From Alphaproteobacteria bacterium (GTDB taxonomy: Bacteria > Pseudomonadota > Alphaproteobacteria > GCA-2731375), in NCBI GenBank assembly GCA_965225945.1, contig CBDDBZ010000036.1:160001-224000 (forward strand): a stretch of DNA of 64,000 bases, written 5' to 3'. Below are positions 43,735-54,832 of this stretch, piece by piece. The stretch's first letter is position 1, and every line of letters starts with the position of its first letter. The notes below the pieces were generated by a model. That model was given only the letters and a program-made list of their open reading frames with translations. It was not told the origin of the DNA and did no database searches. A program made the translations under genes and the position numbers.

Positions 43735-44609
43735 CACGACATTCGCCCGAGCGCCCCGAGCACGGTCAAGCGCGCCGTCACGAATGCGATCGCGGTGCTG
43801 GCGATCGGCACCAGCGCCAGCGAAAGCAAGGTCGTCGGCCCGATGGCGAGCTGATCGAGCAGCGGCGCCTCCAGGCGCGCGGCGAGCCGGGTCAGCGCAA
43901 AAAGCGTCAAGGCCGCCAGCGCCAGGCCGACGACACCGCCGCGAAGGCCCATCCACATCGCGTGATTCTGAAACTGCCGGGCGATATAGGAATCTCGCGC
44001 ACCCATGACGTGCAGCAGGCCGACGATCGCGTGGTGCACCGAGAGCGTCGCCCTGACCGCGAAGATCACGACGGCGGCGAGCGCGCCGGCGATCAGCACC
44101 ACGGTCGCGGCGGCGACGAACTGCACCCCCCTGGCCAGCCGGACGAGCTGCCCTACCCAGACCTTGTGATCGTCCAGCCGGACCCCTGGGACCGCCTCGG
44201 CGAGACGGCGTGCGAGATAGGCGAAGTCGAGCTGGTGGGCGTCGTCCAACTCGACGTCGATGAGGCGCGGGATCGGCAGGTCGCCAACCGGATTGTCGGG
44301 GCCGAACCAGGGCGCCAGCAGGCGAGCGTGCTCTGCGTCGTCGAGCGCGTGGGCGCCGCGCACGCCGGCGGTGCCGCGCAGGACCTCGAGCGATTTGGCG
44401 ACCCGCTTGTCGAGGTCGGCGCCCTTGCCGGCCGGCACCTCCACCGTCACGTGGCCCTCTAGGCCGGATTGCCAACTACGCACCGCGCCGTCGAGGGCGA
44501 GGCCCCCCGCCACCGCGAGGGTGGCGAGAAACGCCATCACCGCGATCACCCAGGGCAGGAACCGGCCGGCCCCGGTGTGGTCGGGAATGAGGTTCTTGGG
44601 CGCGCTCAT
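43734..44609 (-). CDS. ftsX: Cell division permease FtsX
   Basis: LPWVIAVMAFLA, LL.PW.G, LPIPRLI, DDH..W and GA.D.YIARQF; downstream of ftsE. Confidence 0.9.
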   Translation of the reverse strand: MSAPKNLIPDHTGAGRFLPWVIAVMAFLATLAVAGGLALDGAVRSWQSGLEGHVTVEVPAGKGADLDKRVAKSLEVLRGTAGVRGAHALDDAEHARLLAPWFGPDNPVGDLPIPRLIDVELDDAHQLDFAYLARRLAEAVPGVRLDDHKVWVGQLVRLARGVQFVAAATVVLIAGALAAVVIFAVRATLSVHHAIVGLLHVMGARDSYIARQFQNHAMWMGLRGGVVGLALAALTLFALTRLAARLEAPLLDQLAIGPTTLLSLALVPIASTAIAFVTARLTVLGALGRMS

Positions 44610-45289
44610 GCCGTGGCTTCGCTTTGCGCCTCCGCCGCCGTCGCCAGGTAGCCGTCTTCCAGATGCAGCCGGGGGTAGTCGAACGGGGCGACGAGTGTCT
44701 GGTTGTGGGTGGCGACGATGATGGTGGTGCCGATCCGGTGTAGCTCCTCGAATAGCCCGATCAGGCGATGGCCGATGACGTCGTCGACGTTGCCGGTCGG
44801 CTCGTCGGCGACGATCACGCTCGGCTGCGCCACCACGGCGCGACAGATGGCGACCCGCTGCTGTTCGCCGCCCGAGAGCGTTGCCGGCGAGACCTCCAAG
44901 CGGTCGCCGAGCCCGACCCATTGCAACATCTCGGTGGCATGGCCGTGGACCCGCAATTCCGTCTCGCCCGAGATTCGGAGCGGCAAGGCCACGTTCTCCA
45001 GCACGCTCAGATGATCGAGCAGGCGAAAGTCCTGAAATACCACGCCGAGGCGGCGGCGGATGGCGGGAAGATTGCGCCGCGAGGTTCGGGCGATGTCGCT
45101 GCCGAGAAGGCTGATCACGCCCCGGCTCGGCCGGAGCGCCAAATACATCATCTTGAGCAGCGTCGACTTGCCCGCCCCGCTCGGCCCGGTCACGAAATGG
45201 AACGAGCCCGCCTCCAGATGGAACGAAACGTCGCGCAGTACCTCCGGTCTCTGACCGTAGCGCAGGCCGACGTTCTCGAAGCGGATCAA
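44606..45289 (-). CDS. ftsE: Cell division ATP-binding protein FtsE
   Basis: GPSGAGKS, VFQDFRLL, LSGGEQQR and ADEPTGNVD motifs. Confidence 0.95.
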   Translation of the reverse strand: MIRFENVGLRYGQRPEVLRDVSFHLEAGSFHFVTGPSGAGKSTLLKMMYLALRPSRGVISLLGSDIARTSRRNLPAIRRRLGVVFQDFRLLDHLSVLENVALPLRISGETELRVHGHATEMLQWVGLGDRLEVSPATLSGGEQQRVAICRAVVAQPSVIVADEPTGNVDDVIGHRLIGLFEELHRIGTTIIVATHNQTLVAPFDYPRLHLEDGYLATAAEAQSEATA

Positions 45290-45458
45290 GCGACCGAAAC
45301 TCCCGGCGTGAAATCGGGGCCGAGGATGCCATGGCGTCGCGATGGCGTCCAGATTTGCCGCCGAACGGCGTCGCCGCCGGTCCCGGGCGTTGCTTGTTTG
45401 GTAACCATCGTCGCCTTATAAGGTCTCCACCGGTTCGTGTCCCATGAGGACGAACAGG

Positions 45459-46166
45459 ATGATATTGACGTGCCCGGCTTGCGAAACGCGATACCTGGTG
45501 GACCCCGGCGCGCTCGGCGTCGGCGGCCGAGAGGTCCGGTGCGCCAAATGCGGTCGCGACTGGCGTCAAGCGCCGGCTGATCGCGAAGCAGTCGCGCTTC
45601 CGCCCGAGGCGGCGGACGACACGCATTTGCCGACCGGCATGGACCAGCCGCCGCCGATCTCGACCCCGCCCGAGGGCGTTCACCCGCTTCCCCCCGGCTC
45701 GAACCTGCCGGTATTGCCGAATCGGGCGCATGCGGGCCCGGGCTGGGTCGGCTGGGCGGCGCTCGTATTGGTGCTGTGCGCGGGCACCGCGTCCGCCGTG
45801 GTCTGGCGTGATGCCATCGTCGCCGGCTGGCCGCCGGCCGGGCGGCTCTACGAGTTCGTCTCGCTCCCCGTTACGCCGCCCGAGAGCTTCGCCTTCGATA
45901 TCCGCAACGTCGCCTCCGACGTCGGCTTCGAGGCCGGACAGCGGGTCCTGAAGGTGAGTGGGCAAGTCGTCAACATCGGGCCCGAGCCGAAGTCGGTGCC
46001 CAGGCTCAGGGTGAGTATCATCGACGAGGGCGATCGCGCCCTCTACAACTGGACCGTGGCGATGCCGACGACGCTCTTGGCCCCGGGCGAAGCGGTGCCG
46101 TTCACCACGCGCCTGCCCAATCCACCGAAGAACGTGAAGCGAATTTCGGTTACCTTCGAGGCGTAG
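45459..46166 (+). CDS. MJ0042-type zinc-ribbon membrane protein (DUF3426)
   Basis: CPAC.TRY...VRCAKC...W, Pro-rich linker, TM segment, C-terminal beta domain; divergent from ftsE. Confidence 0.85.
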   Translation: MILTCPACETRYLVDPGALGVGGREVRCAKCGRDWRQAPADREAVALPPEAADDTHLPTGMDQPPPISTPPEGVHPLPPGSNLPVLPNRAHAGPGWVGWAALVLVLCAGTASAVVWRDAIVAGWPPAGRLYEFVSLPVTPPESFAFDIRNVASDVGFEAGQRVLKVSGQVVNIGPEPKSVPRLRVSIIDEGDRALYNWTVAMPTTLLAPGEAVPFTTRLPNPPKNVKRISVTFEA

Positions 46167-46276
46167 AGCATCAAACGATTCCATAGGGTCGGATCATGCT
46201 CTAAGTGTCCGACTCGAAGGTCCCCGAGGCGGGCCCTTTCCCCCGGTCAACCACGCCGAGGCCAGCGGAGGAAACC

Positions 46277-46813
46277 ATGCCCGACACGCCCCGAATCGAG
46301 ATCCTGTTCTCCGCCGCCGAAATTCAGGCCCGCGTCGAGACGCTGGCCGAGGTGATCGCCGACCGCCTGGGCCCGGAGCCGATGGTCGTCGCCGTCCTCA
46401 AGGGAAGCTTCGTCTTCACCGCCGATCTGCTGCGCGCGCTGCATTACCGAGACTGCCACCCGAGGATCGACTTCCTGACCTTGTCCAGTTACGGCGCCGG
46501 AGCCGAGAGTTCGGGCCAGGTGAGCGTGCAGCGCGATATCACCGACGATCCCGCCGGCCACTCGGTCCTACTGGTCGACGATATCCTGGAAAGCGGCCGC
46601 ACGCTGGCCTTCGCCAAGCAACTGCTGCTCGAGCGAGGCGCGGCGGAGGTCGATATCTGCGTGCTGCTGGAGAAGCCCGGCAAACGCAAGGCGGTGATCG
46701 AGGCCGATTTCGTCGGCTTCGAATGCGCCGACAAGTTCGTCGTCGGCTATGGTCTCGATTACGCTCATCTCTATCGCGAATTGCCGTATATCGGCGCGAT
46801 CACGATCGTGTGA
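46277..46813 (+). CDS. hpt: Hypoxanthine phosphoribosyltransferase
   Basis: VLKGSF.F.ADL, SSYG, LVDDILESG.TL and FVVGYGLD motifs. Confidence 0.95.
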   Translation: MPDTPRIEILFSAAEIQARVETLAEVIADRLGPEPMVVAVLKGSFVFTADLLRALHYRDCHPRIDFLTLSSYGAGAESSGQVSVQRDITDDPAGHSVLLVDDILESGRTLAFAKQLLLERGAAEVDICVLLEKPGKRKAVIEADFVGFECADKFVVGYGLDYAHLYRELPYIGAITIV

Positions 46814-46842
46814 GCAGGCTCGCTGGAGGCCGGGTCGGAGCC

Positions 46843-47211
46843 ATGGCGCGAATTCTTCTGGCTGAAGACGACGAGGGTGTGCGCGGTTTCGTGGCCCGGG
46901 CGCTCGAGGTGCATGGCCACGAGGTCACGGCGGTCTGCGACGGCGCGCTCGCGCTGGAGGCGCTGACGGCGAGTGACGCGCCGGCCTACGAGCTGCTGTT
47001 GGCCGATATCGCGATGCCGATGATGGACGGCATCGCGCTCGCCCTCAAGGTCAGCCGCGACCATCCGGGCTTGCGCGTGCTGCTGATGAGCGGCCATGCC
47101 GAGGAGCGCCGCCGGGCCCACAATTTGGATCAGATCATCCACGACGTGGTGGCCAAGCCGTTCTCGTTGGACGACATCGTGGCTGCCGTGAGCCGCACGC
47201 TCGCGGCGTGA
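46843..47211 (+). CDS. Single-domain response regulator, CpdR-like
   Basis: MARILLAEDD, DIAMP.MDG and KPF; receiver domain only. Confidence 0.85.
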   Translation: MARILLAEDDEGVRGFVARALEVHGHEVTAVCDGALALEALTASDAPAYELLLADIAMPMMDGIALALKVSRDHPGLRVLLMSGHAEERRRAHNLDQIIHDVVAKPFSLDDIVAAVSRTLAA

Positions 47212-47272
47212 TATCCGACGGTGTATGCCTTGCGTGCGTGTCGCCCGCCGGGGCGTGAGGGGAGAGCACCGC

Positions 47273-47611
47273 ATGGCCGAGATCGGCTTCGACGATTTTC
47301 TCAAGCTCGACATCCGCGTCGGCACCATCCGCCGGGTCGAGCCCAATCGCGAGGCGCGCCAGCCCGCCTACAAGATCCATGTCGACTTCGGGCCCGAGAT
47401 CGGCGAGCGCAAGACCAGCGCCCAGGTCACGAAGCATTACGAGATGGAGGCGCTGGTCGGGCGACAGGTGGCGGCGGTGGTGAACTTCCCGCCCAAGCAG
47501 ATCGGCAAGTTCATGTCCGAGATCCTGGTCCTCGGCTTTCCCGACGCGGCCGGCGAGGTCGTCCTCGTCGGCCCGGACAAGGAGGTTCCGGACGGCGGGC
47601 GGATGTTTTGA
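47273..47611 (+). CDS. csaA: tRNA-binding/export chaperone CsaA
   Basis: DF.KLDIRVGTI, DFG..IG, SAQ.T..Y and VNFPPKQIG.FMSE.LVLG motifs. Confidence 0.93.
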   Translation: MAEIGFDDFLKLDIRVGTIRRVEPNREARQPAYKIHVDFGPEIGERKTSAQVTKHYEMEALVGRQVAAVVNFPPKQIGKFMSEILVLGFPDAAGEVVLVGPDKEVPDGGRMF

Positions 47612-47709
47612 GGCTAGCGGGGCTTCGCGGGCTGGAGCAGCGAGGCCGACATGAGCCGCGCCGAGCGGGAAGGCGCCGCCGGAGCATCACGGCCAATTCC
47701 CGGATCTAG

Positions 47710-47975
47710 CCCGTATTTCTCACCGTGCCCACGGCCTCAGTCGACCTGGGCCGAGTCGATCGCCGAGGAGAAGGCCTGAAAGCGTAGCGGGGCCTACGGT
47801 GAAGGCCTTCGACACGGCGGGCGGCCGGCCCAGGTCGACCCCCTGGGCGTCGCTGTCGGCCCGACAGGGTGCGTCGCGCCGCTTGCCCGATGCGCCCCGC
47901 ATCGCGCGGCGCGGCGCTCCTGCCCTGTCGGGCCGACAGCGACGCTGAGGCCATGGGCACGGTGAGAAATGCGGG
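47710..47975. mobile_element. MITE family A, copy 2 (266 bp)
   Basis: Near-identical to 29012-29278; CTAG/CTGG flanks. Confidence 0.9.
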
Positions 47976-48376
47976 CTGGGCTGAACGGTTCCTCCCCGGC
48001 TCCGGACCTCCGAATCGGCGTGGTCTCCAAGGCGTCATTCTCCCTCCGGCGCCACCGGCCATGACATCTGGGCGGCGGTCGCGGGCCCGAAGGTCGCGAC
48101 CCGCTCCCGTTCTTCTTTTCGCTTATGGAGTGTGTCGAGGGTGCCCTCCGGCGGCGAAATGAGCATTAATGAGGCATTCATTGTTCGCTCGAAAATGAAT
48201 GCTTTTCGGCCAAAATGAATGCTTTTGCTTCGCTCGGGGCAAGAATGACGTCCCGAGCGGTGTGGTTCCCGCGCCGCCGGGAGGGCCTAATACCGTCGAG
48301 CATGTGAACTGGCCTGTCCGCCACGACGGATGTCATCGCGAGCGAAGCGTTGCGATCCAGAGCCACCCGAATGATA

Positions 48377-49273
48377 ATTACGGTGACAGATAATTACGGT
48401 GACAGTGCATTTATAATTACGGTGTATAATTACGGTGACAGTGCATTTAATTGACCCGGGTTCCACGAGCTGCCACGGTCCGCGCATGGCCCGTCCGGCC
48501 AGGATGGTCGTTCCCCATGTCGCTGACCAAGTCACCCAGCGCGGCAACGGCGGTCAAGTCCGGATTCTGCTGGGAATTTTCTCCGGGGTTGCCTCCGTCG
48601 AGGCCTGTTCTGGTAGTTCCAGCTGGGCTTGGTATTCCTGATCGACAATTACGGTGACAGTGCATTTAATTGACCCGGGTTCCACGAGCTGCCACGGTCC
48701 GCGCATGGCCGTCCGGCCAGGATGGTCGTTCCCCATGTCGCTGACCAAGTCACCCAGCGCGGCAACGGCCGGCGGCAGACGTCTTCGGTGCCGATGATCA
48801 TGCGCTCATTTCCGATCTCCTCGGCCGCGCGTGCCGGGCCGCCGATGTCGAAGTCTGGGCTTGGTGCCTCATGGCCAATCACCTCCATCCGATCCTCGTA
48901 CGCGGGGCCGCGACGGCCTCGGGGGCGCTCCGTCGCGCGGACATCGCGCCCATGGCGGTACGATCCATGCGCGCCAAGCCCGCCCAGGCACCTCGGGTTG
49001 AGTGCACTGTCACCGTAATCTGCACCGTAATCTGGGTTGAGTGCACTGTCACCGTAATCTGTCACCGTAATCCCGCACCGTAATCCCGGGGGCCGCGACG
49101 GCCTCGGGCGCGCTCTGTCGCACGGACATCGCGCCCATGGCGGTACGATCCATGCGCGCCAAGCCCGCCCAGGCACCTCGGGTTGAGTGCACTGTCACCG
49201 TAATCGCTAATCGCCACAAGCCCGCCCAGGCACCTCGGGTTGAGTGCACTGTCACCGTAATCGTCACCGTAAT
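48377..49273. repeat. REP nest: five forward ATTACGGTG(ACAGTGCA) and eight reverse (TGCACTGT)CACCGTAAT copies
   Basis: Forward cores at 48377, 48393, 48416, 48429 and 48648. Reverse cores at 49011, 49023, 49050, 49063, 49076, 49196, 49253 and 49265. Confidence 0.9.
48486..48995 (+). pseudogene. Decayed REP-associated tyrosine transposase (RAYT, HUH/Y1), 5' end duplicated
   Basis: MARPARMVVPHVADQVTQRGNG occurs twice (48486 and, frameshifted, 48705). A later frame gives DVEVWAWCLMANHLH (HUH motif). The C-terminal half is absent. Confidence 0.85.
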
Positions 49274-49275
49274 CG

Positions 49276-49356
49276 CGACGCGGCCGGCGAGGTCGTCCTC
49301 ATCGGCCCGGACAAGGAGGTTCCGGACGGCGGACGGATGTATTGAGGTTATCGGGG
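49276..49356 (+). repeat. Second copy of the csaA 3' end (81-bp imperfect direct repeat of 47542-47622)
   Basis: cgacgcggccggcgaggtcgtcctc(g/a)tcggcccggacaaggaggttccggacggcgg..., with 5 mismatches. Confidence 0.9.
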
Positions 49357-49458
49357 CGGCGAGGCGTTTGGGCTTGGTGATCACCACGACATCGCCCGCG
49401 CGAGGATGCCGCTCGACACCTCATCGCTGCGGACGAGTCGGTGAGAGCTGCGAATTCA

Positions 49459-49534
49459 TGGTGCCGGCGGAGGGACTCGAACCCCCGACCTGAGGTTTAC
49501 AAAACCCCTGCTCTACCAGCTGAGCTACACCGGC
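49459..49534 (-). tRNA. tRNA-Thr(UGU)
   Basis: Reverse complement GCCGGTGTAGCTCAGCTGGTAGAGCAGGGGTTTTGTAAACCTCAGGTCGGGGGTTCGAGTCCCTCCGCCGGCACCA; 76 nt with encoded CCA. Confidence 0.97.
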
Positions 49535-49584
49535 GCGCCGCGTCCCCCCTCCCTAGCCGATTTCGCCGCCGGCTCCAAGGGGCG

Positions 49585-49757
49585 CAGGGCAATCGCGTGA
49601 ACGCGATTGCCCTGGAGTCTTCTTGTTCCCTCAGACGCCGGGCGCGCCCATCCGGGCGCTTGGCTTCGCTCGCATAAGCTCGCGGGGCCTCAATGGCCCA
49701 TTCGCGGCGATTGACGCGCTATCATGGCCGTGGCCATCACTTCATGCGATTGCCCTG
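49585..49757. mobile_element. MITE family B, copy 1 (173 bp, ISAs1-like ends)
   Basis: CAGGGCAATCGC...GCGATTGCCCTG ends with a 10-bp target duplication CCAAGGGGCG. Confidence 0.9.
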
Positions 49758-49903
49758 CCAAGGGGCGCCGCCAAGTGGCGATGCCCAGAACCAGGCGATA
49801 AACTGTGCGTGAGGCGGGCGTTTGGCCCTTCCGCGCGGGGCCGGCGCCGCCCATCATCGGGACCGGGCCGGGAAGCGAGGCGAGGATGCGACGCGGCGAG
49901 AGC

Positions 49904-50524
49904 ATGCCGTCGAGGTGGGGCTTGATCCTGGCGGGGGCCGGCCTGCTCGCGCTCGCCGTCGCGGGCGCGGCGGCGCAGTCGGACGATGGCGAGTTCCGCC
50001 AGACCGAGCACCTCAGAATTGAAAACCCCGAACAGCTCGACGGCGTGAAGGCGGAGAAGATCTACCAGTCGATCGCCGGCGAGCTGGTGACCTTCTATGC
50101 CATGTCGCGCGAACCCACGGCCGGCGCCTATCGGAACTGGCGGCGCTACAACAGCGCCCCCTACCTCTCGGCGACCCACGGTAACCGCTACGTCAACAAC
50201 TACGCCAACGCCAAGGGTGCCGGCTATGAGAGCTTGAAGTCGGGCGTGAAGATGCCCGTGGGCGCGATCTTCGCCAAGGACAGCTTCACCGTCACCGCCG
50301 AGGGCGAAGTGTTCGGCGCGGCGCTGTTCATGATGGAGAAACTAGCGCCCGGGACCAGCCCGAAGACCGCCGAGTGGCGCTATGTCGCAATCCTGCCCGA
50401 CGGCAGCTACTCGGGCGATACGACCGGCGACAACGCCGCCGACATGGCCTATTGCCACGCCTGCCACAAGATCAAGGCGAAGGTCGACTACCTCTATTAC
50501 GTGCCGAAGAACTATCGCCGCTGA
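49904..50524 (+). CDS. Cytochrome P460-family periplasmic protein
   Basis: Signal peptide, S.THG.RYV..YAN, P.G.IFAKDSF, FMMEK, W.Y and a single C-terminal CHACH. Confidence 0.78.
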   Translation: MPSRWGLILAGAGLLALAVAGAAAQSDDGEFRQTEHLRIENPEQLDGVKAEKIYQSIAGELVTFYAMSREPTAGAYRNWRRYNSAPYLSATHGNRYVNNYANAKGAGYESLKSGVKMPVGAIFAKDSFTVTAEGEVFGAALFMMEKLAPGTSPKTAEWRYVAILPDGSYSGDTTGDNAADMAYCHACHKIKAKVDYLYYVPKNYRR

Positions 50525-50874
50525 GGCGCGCCGCGATCGATCGGGGGTCGTTCTCGAGACGCCGGGTGCTTGGCCACGCTATTGCGCTCTAGGTGCATGC
50601 GGCTGCCGTGCGCATGGATGCAGCTCTCGCCGTCGGGCAGCCGCTCGATCAGCGTCCAACTGCCTCGGCGCGAGGCGAAGAGCTGCATCTCGTTGCCGTT
50701 CTCCATGAGCGCCTCCGCCACCCGCGCTTCGCTGAAGGCGCGGTCGAGATAGACCGTCAATTTCTCATGCTTCAGGCAATTTCCGACCATGTCGGTCTCC
50801 ATTGCCAGTCCAGGGCTCGCCGTCAAGGCCAGCGCCAGCGCCGCGCCCGCCAGTGTCTTCAACCTGCCCGTCAT
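50512..50874 (-). CDS. Exported hypothetical protein
   Basis: Signal peptide; C...L...FSE......G..MQLFAS..GSWT....PDG.SC pattern. Confidence 0.7.
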   Translation of the reverse strand: MTGRLKTLAGAALALALTASPGLAMETDMVGNCLKHEKLTVYLDRAFSEARVAEALMENGNEMQLFASRRGSWTLIERLPDGESCIHAHGSRMHLERNSVAKHPASRERPPIDRGAPQRR

Positions 50875-51015
50875 GTCCGATACCTCGTTTCCCGGCCCCG
50901 CGGGGCCGAGGGTGCCGCTCGGGGCGGCCACCGTCGCTTGTTACAAGTCTCGGTCACGAGATGGGAGGGGCGAAGACACTTGCTTTCAAGTAGCCGAGAG
51001 GGGTCCGTGAAAAGC

Positions 51016-52215
51016 TCATTCGGCCGGCCGGCCTCGGCCGGACCAGAGCCGCTTCGAGGCGATGGCGGCACCCTGGCCAAGCGCGGCGAGCTTGGCCCAG
51101 ACCACCTCGGGATGGCATTCGAAGGTGGTGGCGAAGCTGGCGAAGCCGCAGTCGGCGCCGGCGATGACGTTCTCGGCGCCGACCACCTGGGCGAAGCGCT
51201 CCAGCCGCTCGGCGATGGTCTCGGGATGCTCCACCAGCACGGAGCTGTGGGTGATCACGCCCGGCACCAGCGATTTGCCCTCCGGCAGGTCGACCTCGGC
51301 CCAAAGCCGCCATTCGTGCTCGTGGCGGGGGTTCGCCGCCTCGAAGGAATAGGCCCCGGCGTTGACCTTCACCATGATGTCGATGATGTCCTTCAGCTCC
51401 ATGTCGTGGACCCGGGGACCCATGTTGATGGAATAGCAGGTGTGGTAGCGGATCCTCTCCTGCGGGATGCCGCGCAAGCCGTAATTCAGGGCCTCGACCC
51501 GGCGCTCCGCCCAGGCCCGGCATTCGGCGACCGAGAGCTCCGGGTGCAGCACGTAATAGGTCGCCAGCAGCGGATCGTCGATCTGCAGCAGGAAGCCGGC
51601 CTCGACGATGGCGAGATACTCCTCGCGCAAGGCCTCGACGATCGCCGCCAGATAGTCTTCCTGGCTGCCGTAATGCTCGTTCGAGTGCCAGTCCTCGATG
51701 TTGGCGGGGGAGATCGCGGGGATGAAGGCCTCTTGCCCGTCGACGCCGTCGAGCGCGCGGCGCAGCCGCGCGATGTCGGCTTGGATCGCCGCCTGGCCCT
51801 GGTAGGAAATCGGCCCGGTGCAGACCCAGCGCGTGGGACCGACGTCGCCGGCCGTTCCCGGCAGCTTGGCGGCCCATTCGTAGAACCCGGGAAAGGCCTT
51901 CACCTCGCGCGATTGGCCCCAATAGCTGCCACCGGGGACGTAGGAGGGCCCTGTATTGGGTTCGAAGCCCCGCAGTCTCTCGTTGATGTAGGGGATGAAG
52001 CCGATGCGGCCCATCTCGCCGTCGCTGACGACGTCGATCCCGCGCTCGGCCTGGAGGCGAATGGTCTCGGCCACCGCGCTCTCGACCCGGGCCTCGAAGG
52101 CGGCCTCGTCGACCGCCCGGCCGGCGAGCCTGTCGCGGATCAGCGCCACCAGATCGGCGGGCCTGGGCAGGCTGCCCACATGCGTCGTCAGAATGCGCTT
52201 CGTGCTGCGTTGCAT
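51016..52215 (-). CDS. Cobalamin-independent methionine synthase II family protein (catalytic domain only)
   Basis: TTHVGSLPRP, SDGE, LQIDDP, HTC, EAANPRH, VEHPE and DCGF zinc ligands. Confidence 0.9.
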   Translation of the reverse strand: MQRSTKRILTTHVGSLPRPADLVALIRDRLAGRAVDEAAFEARVESAVAETIRLQAERGIDVVSDGEMGRIGFIPYINERLRGFEPNTGPSYVPGGSYWGQSREVKAFPGFYEWAAKLPGTAGDVGPTRWVCTGPISYQGQAAIQADIARLRRALDGVDGQEAFIPAISPANIEDWHSNEHYGSQEDYLAAIVEALREEYLAIVEAGFLLQIDDPLLATYYVLHPELSVAECRAWAERRVEALNYGLRGIPQERIRYHTCYSINMGPRVHDMELKDIIDIMVKVNAGAYSFEAANPRHEHEWRLWAEVDLPEGKSLVPGVITHSSVLVEHPETIAERLERFAQVVGAENVIAGADCGFASFATTFECHPEVVWAKLAALGQGAAIASKRLWSGRGRPAE

Positions 52216-52297
52216 TTCACTCTCCCCACGCCCGGCCGGGCGCGCTCGATCATGGCAGCGGGGCGCGCGAGGCGGCGAGGGCGCCCTCGGCTGCCTT

Positions 52298-53612
<1,315 letters not shown>

Positions 53613-53692
53613 CCCCTCGCGGCGGAAGCTCGCGTTGACAGCGGAGGGGGGGCAATCGTATCACCACGCCCGACCACGCGAGGCGGGAAACC

Positions 53693-54832
53693 ATGGACTT
53701 CGAGCTTTCCGAGGAACAGCGGGCCTTCCAACAGATGGCCCGGCAGTTCGCCGAGGCGGAGATGGCGCCCAAGGCCGGAAAGTGGGACGAGGACTGCATC
53801 TTTCCCACAGACACGCTCCGCGCGCTGGCGGCGCTCGGCTTCGGCGGCATCCTCGTGGCGCCCGATGTCGGTGGTTCGGGCCTCACACGGCTCGATTCGA
53901 CCCTCGTTTTCGAGGAGCTGGCGGCCGGCTGCACCTCGACCGCGGCCTATGTCTCGATCCACAACATGGCCGCCTGGATGATCGACACCTATGGCAGCGC
54001 GGCGCAGCGGGAACGCTGGCTGCCCGAACTCTGCGCCATGGGGAGCTTCGCCAGCTACTGCCTGTCCGAGCCCGATGCCGGTTCCGACGCGGCCAGCCTC
54101 TCGACCCGCGCCGTCAGGGAGGGCGAGGATTACGTGGTGAACGGCGCCAAGGCCTTCATCTCCGGTGGCGGCGTGTCGGACCTCTACGTCACCATGGTGC
54201 GGACCGGGGGCGAGGGCGCGGCGGGCATCACTTGCCTGGTGGTCGAGAAGGACTCGGTCGGTCTCTCCTTCGGCAAGCAGGAGAGGAAGCTCGGCTGGCG
54301 CTCGCAACCGACGGCGACGGTCGGTTTCGAAGACTGCCGCGTCCCCGTCGCCAACCGGCTGGGCGCCGAGGGCGAGGGTTTCAAGATCGCCATGCGGGGC
54401 TTGGACGGCGGCCGGCTGAACATCGCCGCCTGCTCGCTCGGCGCCGCCCGGGCCTCGCTCGACGCCGCGGCCGCGCACCTGGGCGTGCGCAAGCAGTTCG
54501 CCCGCCCGCTCGCCGAATTCCAGGCGCTCCAGTTCCGCATCGCCGACATGGTGACCAACCTGGAGGCGGCGCGGATCTTGCTGCGCCAGGCCGCGAGCAA
54601 GGTCGACGCGGAGGCGCCCGACGCCACCCTGCACGCGGCGATGGCCAAGCGCTTCGCGACCGACGCCGGCTTCGAGATCGTCAACCAGGCACTGCAGCTC
54701 CACGGCGGTTACGGCTACCTCAAGGACTATCCGATCGAGCGCTATTTGCGGGACGTCAGGGCGCACCAGATCGTGGAGGGGAGCAACGAGATCATGCGGC
54801 TGATCATCGCCCGCGAGGTGCTGGGCCGGTGA
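53693..54832 (+). CDS. Acyl-CoA dehydrogenase (isobutyryl-CoA dehydrogenase-like)
   Basis: SIHNM, YCLSEP.AGSD, NG.KAFISGG, R.QF, LHGGYGY and EGSNEIM; valine-catabolism context. Confidence 0.92.
   Translation: MDFELSEEQRAFQQMARQFAEAEMAPKAGKWDEDCIFPTDTLRALAALGFGGILVAPDVGGSGLTRLDSTLVFEELAAGCTSTAAYVSIHNMAAWMIDTYGSAAQRERWLPELCAMGSFASYCLSEPDAGSDAASLSTRAVREGEDYVVNGAKAFISGGGVSDLYVTMVRTGGEGAAGITCLVVEKDSVGLSFGKQERKLGWRSQPTATVGFEDCRVPVANRLGAEGEGFKIAMRGLDGGRLNIAACSLGAARASLDAAAAHLGVRKQFARPLAEFQALQFRIADMVTNLEAARILLRQAASKVDAEAPDATLHAAMAKRFATDAGFEIVNQALQLHGGYGYLKDYPIERYLRDVRAHQIVEGSNEIMRLIIAREVLGR

Noticed and set aside
48225-48365. gcttcgctcg..aatgacg and tgtcatcgcgagcgaagcg..gcgatccag fragments
   Set aside because: They look like halves of a common alphaproteobacterial intergenic palindrome, but are too degraded to delimit.
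48377-49273. CRISPR-like appearance of the repeated ATTACGGTGACAG units
   Set aside because: Spacing is irregular, both orientations occur, intervening DNA is duplicated RAYT sequence rather than unique spacers, and there are no cas genes.
49459-49534. tRNA-Thr as the integration site of a genomic island
   Set aside because: No duplicated tRNA 3' end and no integrase seen in the window.
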